64,000 nucleotides of DNA. Origin: an uncultured delta proteobacterium (GTDB lineage: Bacteria > Desulfobacterota > Binatia > UBA9968). The translations under genes and the position numbers were made by a program. This document shows positions 18,986 through 29,653 of this stretch, one piece after another. The stretch covers positions 160,001 to 224,000 of the forward strand of contig CAWJBB010000027.1 of assembly GCA_963840855.1 (NCBI GenBank). The letters run 5' to 3'. The notes beneath the pieces are model-generated. The model had not been told where the DNA came from and searched no databases. It saw only the letters and a program-made list of their open reading frames with translations. Positions within the stretch are counted from its first letter, which is position 1; every line of letters begins with the position of its first letter.

Positions 18986-19207
18986 TTAGTTCGGCTTGTT
19001 CCGCTGTTCACTTAGACCCTTGTAGGCCTCCCCAAAAGTCATCTTGTCCGCATCCGGCACGGCTGCCAACTCGGCCACAAAGCCAACAAACTCTTCCAGT
19101 GCAGCCTTCACCTCGGGCGCTGTCAGTACAATAGGAATCCCGATCCGAATTGGGATTTGACCGATGCTATCGTACCACAGAACCGGTGTTCCTTTTTCGA
19201 TTTCCAT
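18986..19207 (-). CDS. Hypothetical protein
   Basis: SD AAGGAGG; 73 aa. Confidence 0.55.
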   Translation of the reverse strand: MEIEKGTPVLWYDSIGQIPIRIGIPIVLTAPEVKAALEEFVGFVAELAAVPDADKMTFGEAYKGLSEQRNKPN

Positions 19208-20259
19208 GTTTTACCTCCTTCGCGCGTCACGGGCTCTGCATATCACCGGCCTTAACTTGGCGCAAGGCGGGAGTTGAACGGTTCCACTGTGATTCGCTTT
19301 TGAACCTTTTCAATCATCAATCTGATCGTCCGCTTGAGTTCCTTGTCAGTTGCTTCGAGCTTGCGTTTCGGGAATCGCTCGAACTTTTTTCGCTGAGATC
19401 CTTTGTTGTTCGCAGTCGTCTTAGTCGCAGTTTCTGAGTTTGACTTTCGGGCATACTGTTGTTTTTCCTTCGCCGTCATTCCCTTGATTGTTTTCCCTAA
19501 CTCGGTTGCCAGGCGGTCCAGTTTTTTGCCGGATCTACCTTTTTTTGATGTTGATCTCCATTCATGGGTTAAAGAATTGATTCGATTCACTCTGGCCAAC
19601 GTGGAAGGGCAGGCGGCGCGCGAGGCCTACAGGGCAAGGTGCATCGTCTCATCATCCGCACATTGTGAAGAAATGCTTACCGGCACGCCGTGGAATGTCC
19701 CAAGTCTGCCGCTCGATAGGTGTTGCGTAGGTGCATAGCTCATCACCGAAGGCGAAATTCTCCAGTAGCCATTCCTCCTGCGCATGGCACATGGCTTCGT
19801 AGCGGCTGTCCCATGCTTGGGCGTCTCTCAGGAGTTGGGCAAAGCGGCGGGTGGTTGTGGTCATGAGGCCACTTCCTGGCTTGCGGATGGGTGGCCTTTT
19901 GAGCGGGCAGGGTGGTATAAAACGCACGAAAGCGATGCTTCTCTTCACAGGGGGCTCCTTTCAGGCCGGATACGGTGTGACCAGCACCGCCCGGCCACTT
20001 TATTTTTAGACCGACTTCACTTTTTGCGCCGGCTCCTCCGCTGCGGCGCGCTCCTCGTCGCACTCGCCTTCATCGCATGGCCGACAAACAACGTGCCCAT
20101 AATAGGGCGTGGCCGATGGCCCTAGCGCGGCGTCACACCCGCAGAAGCAACCGCATGTGGAGAAATAATTAGCTGACATAAATCCTCCTCCTGTGAGAAA
20201 CCCCGATTCTTTGGCTCTTGCCCTGGCCACCGGCGGAGTGGGACAGATCGGCTCGAAGA

Positions 20260-20510
20260 CCACGATCAACTCCGGCGACCTGGCGGGGATTCTTATGATC
20301 GCGGTGCAGGCGCTGGAGAAGCGCACGGCGGAGCTAAAACAGAAGGAGGCACAGTTGGCGGTGCTCGCATCGAAAGTTGAAGAGCTAACAGCTAAGCACG
20401 CCTATTTTGAGACTGTGGCGGCGCGGGTGGAGGCGCTGGAGTTGCGAAACAACCACCCTATCCAGAAAACAGCGGAGAAAAGCCTCTCATTGTTGGTACA
20501 GGGGGATTAG
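20260..20510 (+). pseudogene. C-terminal remnant of tail-fibre intramolecular chaperone (peptidase S74-like) protein
   Basis: INSGDLAGILMIAVQALEKRTAELKQKEAQLA coiled coil. Confidence 0.55.
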
Positions 20511-20989
20511 CAAATATGAGTCGCTTCAATTCAGGCGTGCGGAGATGAAACATCGGCTGACGGTAAGCTCGGACCATCAACTCGATAACAAATATCACGG
20601 CTCCCTCAGTTTCACATGTTCGAGTTCGTGCCCGCCCATTTCCACCTTCCATCTCGATTGTTCGGACTTCTCCTGTTTATAGGTCTCTACTTTTTTCGAG
20701 GTAAGGAGGCAGGCCGCGTCTGACACAGACTTGCAGAACGAACAAAACACTGGAGCCGGTAATCTTTGAGTCCTCAAGGACAAAGCAGAGGCCGAGCGTG
20801 AACCCGTCCCCTTCAATGGTCCATCTCCCCAAGCCGCCTAGCCAATTCAAAAATCTCTTCCGGGCTTTCCGGGTCGCGGGTGTCGTGGTATTCCCGCGCT
20901 AACTCGTCCATCTTTTGCTCTATCTCTTGGCGGGTCACCGGCTCTGCATATCACCGGCCTTGACCCCGAATCAATAGTGACTGTACATT

Positions 20990-21057
20990 CCTCGCTGACA
21001 TTGTTTTTCCGCAACTTGATGGCTCCGGGGCTTTGGGGATAAAACGCTCTGTTAGGT
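20990..21057 (+). other. Partial attC-like site related to 467-560
   Basis: TTCCGCAACTTGAT...GGGGATAAAACGCTCT-GTTAGGT. Confidence 0.5.
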
Positions 21058-21159
21058 GCGCACCTAAAATAACTAATTCATTGCAACGATCTCGATCTGA
21101 TCACGCGGATGGCTGCGGGGAGTAAGTAAGGCCGTATCATCGAAAGCTGGTGGTTAAAC

Positions 21160-21315
21160 ATGCCAAACGAGGAACACCTTGGACTTATTAACCAAGGAGT
21201 AGATGCCTGGAATCGGTGGAGGGGTGAACATGGTGATACACGGCCCGACCTCAGCGGGGCGAACCTCTTCGAGGCGAATCTCAGCAGGGCGAATCTCAGC
21301 AGGGCGGACCTCACG
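21160..21315 (+). pseudogene. Pentapeptide-repeat protein 5' fragment
   Basis: MPNEEHLGLINQGVDAWNRWR...PDLSGANLFEANLSRANLSRADL, cut by SRAP fragment. Confidence 0.8.
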
Positions 21316-21317
21316 AC

Positions 21318-21530
21318 AAATCGTTGCGGGGATCGTTCACGAGAATTGAAACGTCGTAGCCTTCCATCTTCTCCGGCGGATACGGTTTCAATAACGTGAG
21401 AGCATGGGCGATTGCGTAGTCGAGGGCAAGCCATTTTAACGCGTCGTCGTTACTGAGCATGACGGGCATCCGGTCATGGATCGGGCGCAACACGTCGTTG
21501 GGCTCTGTGGTGACAATCGTATACGCACAT
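21318..21530 (-). pseudogene. SRAP 3' fragment (copy 3)
   Basis: YTIVTTEPNDVLRPIHDRMPVMLSNDDALKWL. Confidence 0.9.
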
Positions 21531-21801
21531 AGAATCGTCCCTCACGTGAAATCACCCTGATTACTGTGACTCGACAAAAACTTGTACAACATAAGCGTAA
21601 CCGTACCAAAAACTCCTAACCGTTGGGATAGCGTCATCATGGAGCACATGAAGGGCAAGGAATGACTAAAATCTTACACTGCACTTGTAAGCAGGAGTAT
21701 CAAGATAAGAAGTACGGGACGGGTCAACGGGTCCACAATCCAACCAAAGACATTCCGCCTCATATCGTTGCACTGTTTGCAATTCACAAAAGGGGTGAAA
21801 C

Positions 21802-22639
21802 ATGGCTAGAGTTTATCGAAGTCAACCGGAAGGAAAATATGACTCCAAGGCGGAGAAACTACTGCTTGAAACTAAGGCGTCTATCGTCTCGGTTTGCGTG
21901 ATCGGCGGCGAGCATGGCAACGGCTTTTCGTTAACCTGTGATTTAGAACGTCCCGATATGTCGATTGCGATTCACCGGCTGCCCGACTTGTTGCGGAAAC
22001 TCGCGGCGCAGATCGAGGATGATATCGAGAAGGTCACCCACCAAGAATTGACGCATTGATGTCGCAATATGTCGCGATTCGATAAAATGGTGGTCCTAAG
22101 CCAAATCTTAACGCGGGACGAGATCGTCAACGCCTATAAGCTGTACGGGGCGATTCTAGACTCGGATACCGACGTGGCGTTTGACGCTGCGGTCATTAAC
22201 CAGATTCTCACGCCGCAAGTGATGGAGCGGATCAACGCCGAGCTGGGCGCGGAAGTCCTTACCGCTGGTGACGTGGCGGCAATTCTAGAGACGGCATTCA
22301 TGGAGCGCGTCCTGAATCTCGCTCGTCACACCGCCGTCTGTGTCGCGTGCGAGGTTGGGGACCACGACACTTGCAGCGGCGTTAGCCAGCTTGGGACGCT
22401 AGCGTGTGTCGAACGACAAAACTACAGTGATGATCGTCTTTTACACTACCTTGGCTTGCCTAGTGGTGTCGGTAATCTGCATTGGGGTTGCCCTCTATCT
22501 GATCTCGCGAACGACGAAAATTATAGAGCGGATTAAGAAAGACCACGAGTTTGCGCTAGCGACTATCCTGGCGCTTCGCGCCAAGGGCGAGGCTTTAAGC
22601 AAGTTGCTACGAGAATGCTATGAGGCTGACATTGACTAA
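21802..22639 (+). other. Tightly packed cluster of small phage-like hypothetical ORFs (21802..22059, 22069..22536, 22406..22639)
   Basis: Co-oriented, overlapping short ORFs; no recognisable family. Confidence 0.45.
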
Positions 22640-23748
22640 ACTCTTACCCTGCACAAGGTTGGGCGTGGCTTGGGCGTCCCCCCCCTGGCCCCCACCCCGG
22701 CGGCACCCTAACTAGTGGAAACTAGAGCGAAAAAACTAGTAACTTACATGACACGCGCACGAGGTAGGACGACGGGACACGCGCTTCGTAAACAAGTTGT
22801 CCTTGCTAACCCCGCGTACTATCAGCACTATCCCCACTCCTGTCCGTGACTTGTCCGTGGCGTTTGGCGTGGGCGTCTAGCTCGTGCTGCACGTAAGACG
22901 GTTCTGTGACGGATCAACCGTCTGAGCGCCACCTTTGGAAGCGGTATCCCACACGCCTATACGCGCTCCGAACGGGAGCGAATAGAGAAAATCTCATTTC
23001 AATAGCCGCCAAGTTTTGCTCTGAAAACCTTCAAAATCTAAATATGCTTCGTACTGCACGGCAAGGCCTTGAGACAAGGCCTTTGAGAGATGAGCTATGC
23101 CTATTTTTTAGGCGAAATAAGGTTATCTAATTGTAAGTGATTCAATCACGGCAGAGCGAGTTAGGGAGCCAACGGGAAGCGCTAGCGCCACGTTAATGCA
23201 TCTTTGACAGTCACATAAAGCAAACCGACCTTTCTCAGAGGTTCTTTTACCCTTCTCCGAGGTAATGTGATCAATCAATCTTTGAATCTTCCAACAAATT
23301 GATAGGCTTTCTCGCAATTACTCGTCCCTCCAGGGCTTAGCCTTCGTTTTAGCGCTTTTTCCCTAGTTCGTTCGCAAATTACTTTTGCAGCGCTTTTCCA
23401 TTTGCCTGTCCACCGTTAAATTTCCTGAGTGACAAACTTTCTGTCGCGGCCCACCTTTGTCTTAAAACTTCTAGCTGCACACTCTTCTACTACGAGAAGG
23501 TATGAAGGCAGAAAACTTTGAGAGAGCAATCTTCCGACTGCCTTTCTCACAAATAACCCCGCTACGATGGCGGCGGCTGATGATGCTTGGCTGTCTTAGA
23601 GGAGAAAAAGCGAGCGGAAGAGTCGAAAGCATTCTTTGGAATTTGAAAGGAGCCAAATACATTATTTACACCGAAATGTCTTAAACAGCCCTCGCCAATC
23701 CTTATCTTTATGAAGAGATATAACAGCAGTATGCCTCTTCACTAGGCG

Positions 23749-24306
23749 GTGAAATTTAGCAGGAGCGCCTACGGCTCTGAGGTTAGAGTAACCGTCCTGT
23801 ACCTACCGGATACCTCATCGATGGGTGATAAGCTGGCGACCCTAACAGGTCGCCCATATCATGTTGGTACATATGTCAAATATGTATCACCCGGAGATAG
23901 GAAACGGGCAACGGCTAAACCACAGGTTTATCAATCAAATATGACTAGTCAAGTTTTACTAAGAAGAAGAGACGCGGCAATGGTAGCAAGCCTACCTAAG
24001 TTTGAGCGGCGAAATTATTTTCGCTCGCTCGCAGTACTCCGCCTGCAAATCGTTCAAGCGCTTGGCGCAGTGTGCAAAGTTTGCGGAGCAACCGACGGCG
24101 CGTTGCAGGTGCAACCGGTTGCCGATGATTTACTGGAATTTACTAGTCTAAGACAGTGGTACAAGACACTGGTAAACCGATTAAGTAAGAACAAGGCAAT
24201 TTCAGCGACATTGACTTGTCGTAACTGCAAGCCAAAGCCTAAGACGTTCAAACCGGTAGTAATAAGGCGTAGGGACGGAATTACGAGTAGACTAAATGTT
24301 CTTTGA
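23749..24306 (+). CDS. Hypothetical protein with degenerate HNH-like Zn-binding motif
   Basis: LGAVCKVCG...LQV...LTCRNC; catalytic His not evident; start uncertain. Confidence 0.4.
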   Translation: MKFSRSAYGSEVRVTVLYLPDTSSMGDKLATLTGRPYHVGTYVKYVSPGDRKRATAKPQVYQSNMTSQVLLRRRDAAMVASLPKFERRNYFRSLAVLRLQIVQALGAVCKVCGATDGALQVQPVADDLLEFTSLRQWYKTLVNRLSKNKAISATLTCRNCKPKPKTFKPVVIRRRDGITSRLNVL

Positions 24307-24478
24307 CGTGAAAGAAATTACTATCGTCTCTCCCGGCAGAACAAATAAACGAAATCCTGATGGGAAACAGACGTGGAACTGACAACTGGTTTCAGTTGAT
24401 CGAGGAAGCCAGGCGCGGGAAGGCGTAGTGGGCTAAACGCAAGCGGCGTCAAAAGAAATTCGAGAAAGGCAACTAACC

Positions 24479-25063
24479 GTGAACACTTATAGTCCTGACA
24501 CTACAAACGAGTCAAACGAAATCACCAATCAAGATTTTGCGGCCCTTGCGCGACGGCGCAACTGGTCAGTGGAATTCCTGGCTCACACATTCAGGCGCAA
24601 GATCGAAACCCCGAATGAATTTTTCCACGGGGTGGTTAGCGGGAAGCGTCCAGAGGTAGTAATCCCCTTCGGTTCCGTCATCGACTTTTACCGCCAGTAC
24701 ATCGACACACAACTCCTCGACGGCCAGCGGGCATGTGCGTGCGGTTGCGGTCAACCGATTTTCAGCAGGCAAAAATGGGCCTCGCCCCGTTGCAAGAAAA
24801 GAATCGCCCGCCAGCGCGTCGCGGACACCAAAAAGGGGGGTTCGCAACTACCTGATTTCGTTGAGCCCAAACCGGGACAAATTAGCGGGGTGGCTGCTAA
24901 GGTATTCACCCGCTCTCAAACCGGGACAAACGGCCGTCAACAGCGATATGCGAATGGCGGAGCCTCTGGCGGAAGCGTTCAAGGCAATGATCAAAGAAGA
25001 AGTCAGACCGAGCAGAGCAAATGGACACGAACAACGCTCAATCATCGCCAGAAACTGCGTTAA
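24479..25063 (+). CDS. Hypothetical phage-like protein with CACGCG motif
   Basis: RACACGCGQPIFSRQKWASPRCKKR. Confidence 0.5.
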   Translation: MNTYSPDTTNESNEITNQDFAALARRRNWSVEFLAHTFRRKIETPNEFFHGVVSGKRPEVVIPFGSVIDFYRQYIDTQLLDGQRACACGCGQPIFSRQKWASPRCKKRIARQRVADTKKGGSQLPDFVEPKPGQISGVAAKVFTRSQTGTNGRQQRYANGGASGGSVQGNDQRRSQTEQSKWTRTTLNHRQKLR

Positions 25064-25456
25064 CGCAGTCTGAAGGGCGTTCTCGCGCGTGTTCTAACCC
25101 GTTCTGCAATGCTTCGATGGGTGAGATATCGCCGCAGGGTAAGCACAGGCGCCACTGTTCGGACCGATGCCGTCTTGAAGTTTATGCTTTGAGACGCGCT
25201 AAGGCACTGCTCAGGAAAGTCGGGGTCGTAGAGTTTCACAGGCTGCTGGAACAGGTATGAGCCCTCGGCCCATTTCCTCTATTCCACAGAGGTGTGGAAG
25301 GAAATTCAAACGGACGTGCGAGAGGCGGCGTGATTATGGCCGAGCAAGTTCAAAATCCGTTCGCTCCCTTCTTCGATCATCTCAAGCAAGCAAAATCGTC
25401 ACACGTGTCACCAGCCGTTTAAACGACAGCGACCGGAGCATTCAGCGACAACAGCG

Positions 25457-25738
25457 ATGAACTGGGTATCACCTAAAACTGTAGCGACCCGTTTGGATAT
25501 CTCGCGGCGCGAAGCTAACCGGATGATGGTTAGCGGTGAATTGCCAAGTTTCAAAGTCGGCGGAAAAAGACGGATGACGGAAGAGGCTTTGTGCAGGTGG
25601 ATGAGAGCGCAAGAAAAAAGGGCGAACGGGGGAGAGGTGAAATCGAAAACACCGTCGCAAAAAATGCCCCTAGCGGCGCGCTGCGATAGCCCGACATCGG
25701 CACTACACGCCGATAACACCGGCGAGATTGTCCATTAG
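25457..25738 (+). CDS. Excisionase-like helix-turn-helix protein
   Basis: WVSPKTVATRLDISRREANRMMVSGELPSFKVGGKRRM. Confidence 0.75.
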   Translation: MNWVSPKTVATRLDISRREANRMMVSGELPSFKVGGKRRMTEEALCRWMRAQEKRANGGEVKSKTPSQKMPLAARCDSPTSALHADNTGEIVH

Positions 25739-25941
25739 GTTCAATGAGTTAAGGCACTACGAAAAAACCAGGGAACAGTTGGTAAACAATCTTTGACCCG
25801 AATCAAGCAACATTAGCATGGCTGAAATTTTGATAGCACCTAATCCCAAGCGCAAACGCGGCGTTCGCCGACCTAAAGGCACAAATAACCGGCACGGAGA
25901 CCAAGGCGAAGATAGGGAAACTGGAGCAACTCAATACGCAG

Positions 25942-26316
25942 TTGGCTGCCAACTCCGCGCGGGTTCAAGCTGCGGTCGAAACCACCACGTCGGCGAATGC
26001 TCCGTTGGTGCAGAAATTACAAACCTCGGCTGGAACGGTCGTGACGTGGGGGGTAGTCTTCGGCGGCGACACAGCCCTCGCCGACGCGAAGCATGAGATT
26101 CAAACAATTGCGCCAAAACTGGGATTAACAAACGCGGCGATTTATTACCGACAAGGTTCCTACCGCAGTGTGGCAACCACGACCGACAGATTACAGGCGG
26201 AGCGGCTCTTACTAAAGGCAAAAGAACGCCGGAAGGATTCCTACATCGTCAATATGTCCACATGGTGTCGAGACGCTGCGGAGAAAAACGGCTATTTCGA
26301 GTGTGGAAGCTCTTAA
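25942..26316 (+). CDS. Hypothetical protein, SPOR-like C-terminal domain (probably partial)
   Basis: WGVVFGGD...A...IYYRQGSYRSV...DSYIV. Confidence 0.45.
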   Translation: MAANSARVQAAVETTTSANAPLVQKLQTSAGTVVTWGVVFGGDTALADAKHEIQTIAPKLGLTNAAIYYRQGSYRSVATTTDRLQAERLLLKAKERRKDSYIVNMSTWCRDAAEKNGYFECGSS

Positions 26317-26335
26317 AGGATATGACTCTTCAGCG

Positions 26336-26524
26336 ATGTGCGGCCGCTACACGTATTTTCCCGGCGAATTTTCCGACCTTAGGCACCTGGAAAGTCGATT
26401 CAGTCATCTCGCTGTTAAAACCCCGATATAACATCGCTCCGACTCAAGAAGCGCCCGTAATCGCCCAAGTGGGCGGCAGGCGAACCCTCGAGGCATTCCG
26501 CTGGGGATTGATCCCATGGTGGGC
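26336..26524 (+). pseudogene. SRAP 5' fragment (copy 4)
   Basis: ATGTGCGGCCGCTAC (MCGRY), frameshift, PRYNIAPTQEAPV...FRWGLIPWWA. Confidence 0.85.
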
Positions 26525-26820
26525 CTACTCCAACGTTCCGTTCCGTACCTCCTGATCTCCTCTACCTTTCGATATATATCGAACAGCATAGAAGAATATA
26601 TCTCCCGATCAATTGTTTTGACGCTGGGACAGCTGTCATCTTAAGCCACGTGTGGAAACCAGATGACAGCGTTTTTCAGCCGCGTCAACTCTTTGGTTTG
26701 GAGAAGAGGAAGACGGAGTCCCTCAGGTCGGGTTGAGCCATACACGCTCGCGGGCGGATGAATCCGGAAACTTTGTCTGCAATATCGTGATCAAAACTTA
26801 GCGGGGAAAAGGAGGAAATT

Positions 26821-27804
26821 ATGAAATGTAAAATGAGTATCGTCGTTGCCATGACGCTGCTTCTAGGTTCTGTCCAGTTTGCAGGAGCGCAACAGCGGAA
26901 GATTCCTGTAATAGGTTATCTAAGCGGCGGCTCAGCTTCTGCTGCCGCGCCACGGGTTGACGCGTTCCGCCAAGGACTGCAGGAGCTAGGTTACAATGAG
27001 GGCCAAAACATTGGAGTTGAATATCGATACGCGGACGGGAACTTAGACCGGATGCCCGACCTCGCAGCTGAACTGATCCGTCTCAAAGTTGATGTCATTG
27101 TGGTGGGGAGCGAGCAGGGAACTCGTGCAGTCCAGCAGCAAACTAAGAACACTCCGATTGTCTTTACGGCGAGCGGCGATCCGGTGGCTTCGGGGTTTGC
27201 CGCTAGTCTCGCCCGCCCGGGAGGAAACATCACGGGGACGACTTCGTCGGGCTCGTCGGATGCAGTCCTAAAACGAATTGAGCTGCTGAAGGAAGCTGTC
27301 TCAAAACTTTCTTACCTTGGGGTCGTTTGGAATCCAGGCAATTTACGTCAGAAACAACAGTTCAAAGAAGCCGAAGGCGCTGCCAAGACTTTAGACCTTA
27401 AGGTTCAATCCGTGGAGCTAGAGCGGCCTGGGGACTTGGAGAACGCCTTTGCTGCCATCACCAAGGAACGCCCCAATGGACTGTTAGTCTTTCGGTCACC
27501 GATTGTCTCGATCCACGCAAAGCGCATCACGCAATTTGCCGAAAAGAACCGACTGCCAACCATGTTCTCGTATCACCAGCACGTCGAAGACGGAGGACTT
27601 ATATCCTATGCGCCTGACCTGCTCGATTTGGACCGGCGCACCGCCGTTTATGTGGATAAGATCCTGAAAGGTGCGAAGCCGGCTGATCTCGCTGTGGAGG
27701 GACCAAAGAAGTTTGAGCTGGTCATCAATCTCAAAACCGCCCAGCAGATCGGATTAACGATTCCCCCAGCCGTTTTAAAGCGAGCGGATAAAATCATCAA
27801 GTAA
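26821..27804 (+). CDS. ABC transporter substrate-binding protein (ABC_sub_bind family), full length
   Basis: Signal peptide; IPVIGYL...FRQGLQELGY.EGQNI...SLARPGGNITG...[14 protein letters not shown]...INLKTA. Confidence 0.95.
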   Translation: MKCKMSIVVAMTLLLGSVQFAGAQQRKIPVIGYLSGGSASAAAPRVDAFRQGLQELGYNEGQNIGVEYRYADGNLDRMPDLAAELIRLKVDVIVVGSEQGTRAVQQQTKNTPIVFTASGDPVASGFAASLARPGGNITGTTSSGSSDAVLKRIELLKEAVSKLSYLGVVWNPGNLRQKQQFKEAEGAAKTLDLKVQSVELERPGDLENAFAAITKERPNGLLVFRSPIVSIHAKRITQFAEKNRLPTMFSYHQHVEDGGLISYAPDLLDLDRRTAVYVDKILKGAKPADLAVEGPKKFELVINLKTAQQIGLTIPPAVLKRADKIIK

Positions 27805-27854
27805 TCATAAATTTTCACTTAGGCAGGAAGGCAAAGATAGGAGCAGACAGCGCT

Positions 27855-28370
27855 ATGAACAAAATCAAAATCCAAAATGCAAGAGGAAGGCAAAACGTCA
27901 TTGAAAAGAGAAAAACGATCGCGGCAAGGGGTTCACTGGTCTACAATCACGCAGCATCAAGAATCAAGACGCGGTTCTCTATTCTCGTATTCTTCCTGAT
28001 ATTTGGGATGAGCGGATACGTGAGCGCTGGAACCGGACCGGTGCTTCCCGATTATGAAAATGAGGCACGAATGGTCTTTCAAGGGATGTGCGAGGGCGGA
28101 AAGGTTTCGTATAGCACCTACTACAAACAAGGCGGCTACGTTCTGGAGGCAGCGCGGATTCAACCGGAGGGGTTTTTCTATTTCATGAAGCGTTACAGGG
28201 GAAAGGAAGAAGGTTGGGAGGAACGTTATTTCAGACAGGTGAATAGCTCCGCAAATCTGCGCGAACTCGCGCATGAAGAATGGGACGAAAACGTAAAGCG
28301 GGCGAGCGTTAACTATTTCAACAAGCTCCACGATCTCCAGACGACGTGCACAAAACTGCTGGTTTCGTGA
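27855..28370 (+). CDS. Hypothetical exported protein
   Basis: 171 aa with one hydrophobic segment. Confidence 0.55.
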   Translation: MNKIKIQNARGRQNVIEKRKTIAARGSLVYNHAASRIKTRFSILVFFLIFGMSGYVSAGTGPVLPDYENEARMVFQGMCEGGKVSYSTYYKQGGYVLEAARIQPEGFFYFMKRYRGKEEGWEERYFRQVNSSANLRELAHEEWDENVKRASVNYFNKLHDLQTTCTKLLVS

Positions 28371-28723
28371 AAAAGAGGTAAGAGAAATGAAATGGGCCAC
28401 TGCGTCCGGTCTGGTGTCGAACAGAAGGCTGTAGGTCACTATATATCAAAAAGAAGCAAAGAAGGAAAAACTATGAGAAGCAGCTTCAGATCTTTTCTAT
28501 CTGTCGTAGCACTGGTTGCAGGTATAGCTTTGAGCGAGGCGCAAGCGCAAGAAACACGCGACTGGATAACAATAGAATTGGAGGCGGGAAATTATAGGTT
28601 GTCTTCGTATGAACAGAACGGCCTCTACTATTGCATGCTCGATTTCACTTTAGGGACCCACCCGATTTCAACGAAGGGGACCACTGAAATCAGCGGAGCG
28701 AAGCGACGAAGCGATTTTGACTT

Positions 28724-29494
28724 TTACACTGAGCCTCCCTGGTTTTTCAATCCCGATTTTTTCTCTGCAAGTTTTTCTCTATAGGATTTCTCTCCTTTCA
28801 GAGTGATTTTCTGAGATGGATGAATCAGCCGATCCACAATGGCTTCGGCGATCACCGGATCTTCAAACAGTTTTATCCACCCCTGGGGCTCGACCTGGGA
28901 GGTGACAATGAGGGGAGCCTTGCGGTAACGCTCTTCGAGGATGTCCATCAGGGAAGTGGCCTCCTCGTGGGTGTAGTTTCTTAGCCCTAAGTCATCGAGG
29001 ATTAAAACCTTGGCCTTGATGAGACTACGGATGTAGTTGAGGTAACGGCCGGCGGCCCTGGCGGCCTGGATTTCCTCGAACAGGAAGTTGACTGGCAAGA
29101 ACTGAGTGGGATGGCCTTCCTGGCACAGCCGTTTACCCAAGGCAATGGCGAGATGAGTTTTACCCAGGCCGGTTTTTCCAAGGATCAAAAGATTCTCCTG
29201 GTTATGAAGGAAGTTTAATTCACAGAGCTCTTTGATCTTAGCCTTGGTCAGATCCTTGTGGAACGCTAAATCTAAGTCTTCCAGATCGGCGCGGAACCGA
29301 AAGCGGGCCTTGGTCATGAGCGCCTTAGCGGTACGGTCTTTGCGCGACAACAGTTCATCTTCGAGCAGGAGTCGGAGGAACTCCAGGGGATGGAACTGCT
29401 GGGACAAAGCGATCTGGGCTTGTCGTTCGCAGGCTTCATGGATGCCGAACAGGCGCATCTGGTGCGAGAGGGCTCTGACTTGATCAAGCATCAT
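28724..29494 (-). CDS. istB: IS21 helper ATPase IstB
   Basis: Walker A GKTGLGKT, Walker B LILDDLG, AIVDRLIH. Confidence 0.95.
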   Translation of the reverse strand: MMLDQVRALSHQMRLFGIHEACERQAQIALSQQFHPLEFLRLLLEDELLSRKDRTAKALMTKARFRFRADLEDLDLAFHKDLTKAKIKELCELNFLHNQENLLILGKTGLGKTHLAIALGKRLCQEGHPTQFLPVNFLFEEIQAARAAGRYLNYIRSLIKAKVLILDDLGLRNYTHEEATSLMDILEERYRKAPLIVTSQVEPQGWIKLFEDPVIAEAIVDRLIHPSQKITLKGEKSYREKLAEKKSGLKNQGGSV

Positions 29495-29653
29495 GGTGGT
29501 GCGACCTCTTGGTGAAAGGGCTGTTTTTGGGGGAACCCCAGGTATCAACCGAGCCGAGATCGTCGTTTATAGGGCTTATACGGAGGCCGTTTTTTCCCGC
29601 TTGCTTGTCTGGATGATTAAAAATGGCTTTGCGGCTGGATTTTAAGCTCGTGC

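Noticed and set aside
26568-26583. Perfect 16-bp palindrome TTCGATATATATCGAA as an operator
   Set aside because: Single low-complexity occurrence with no assignable regulator.
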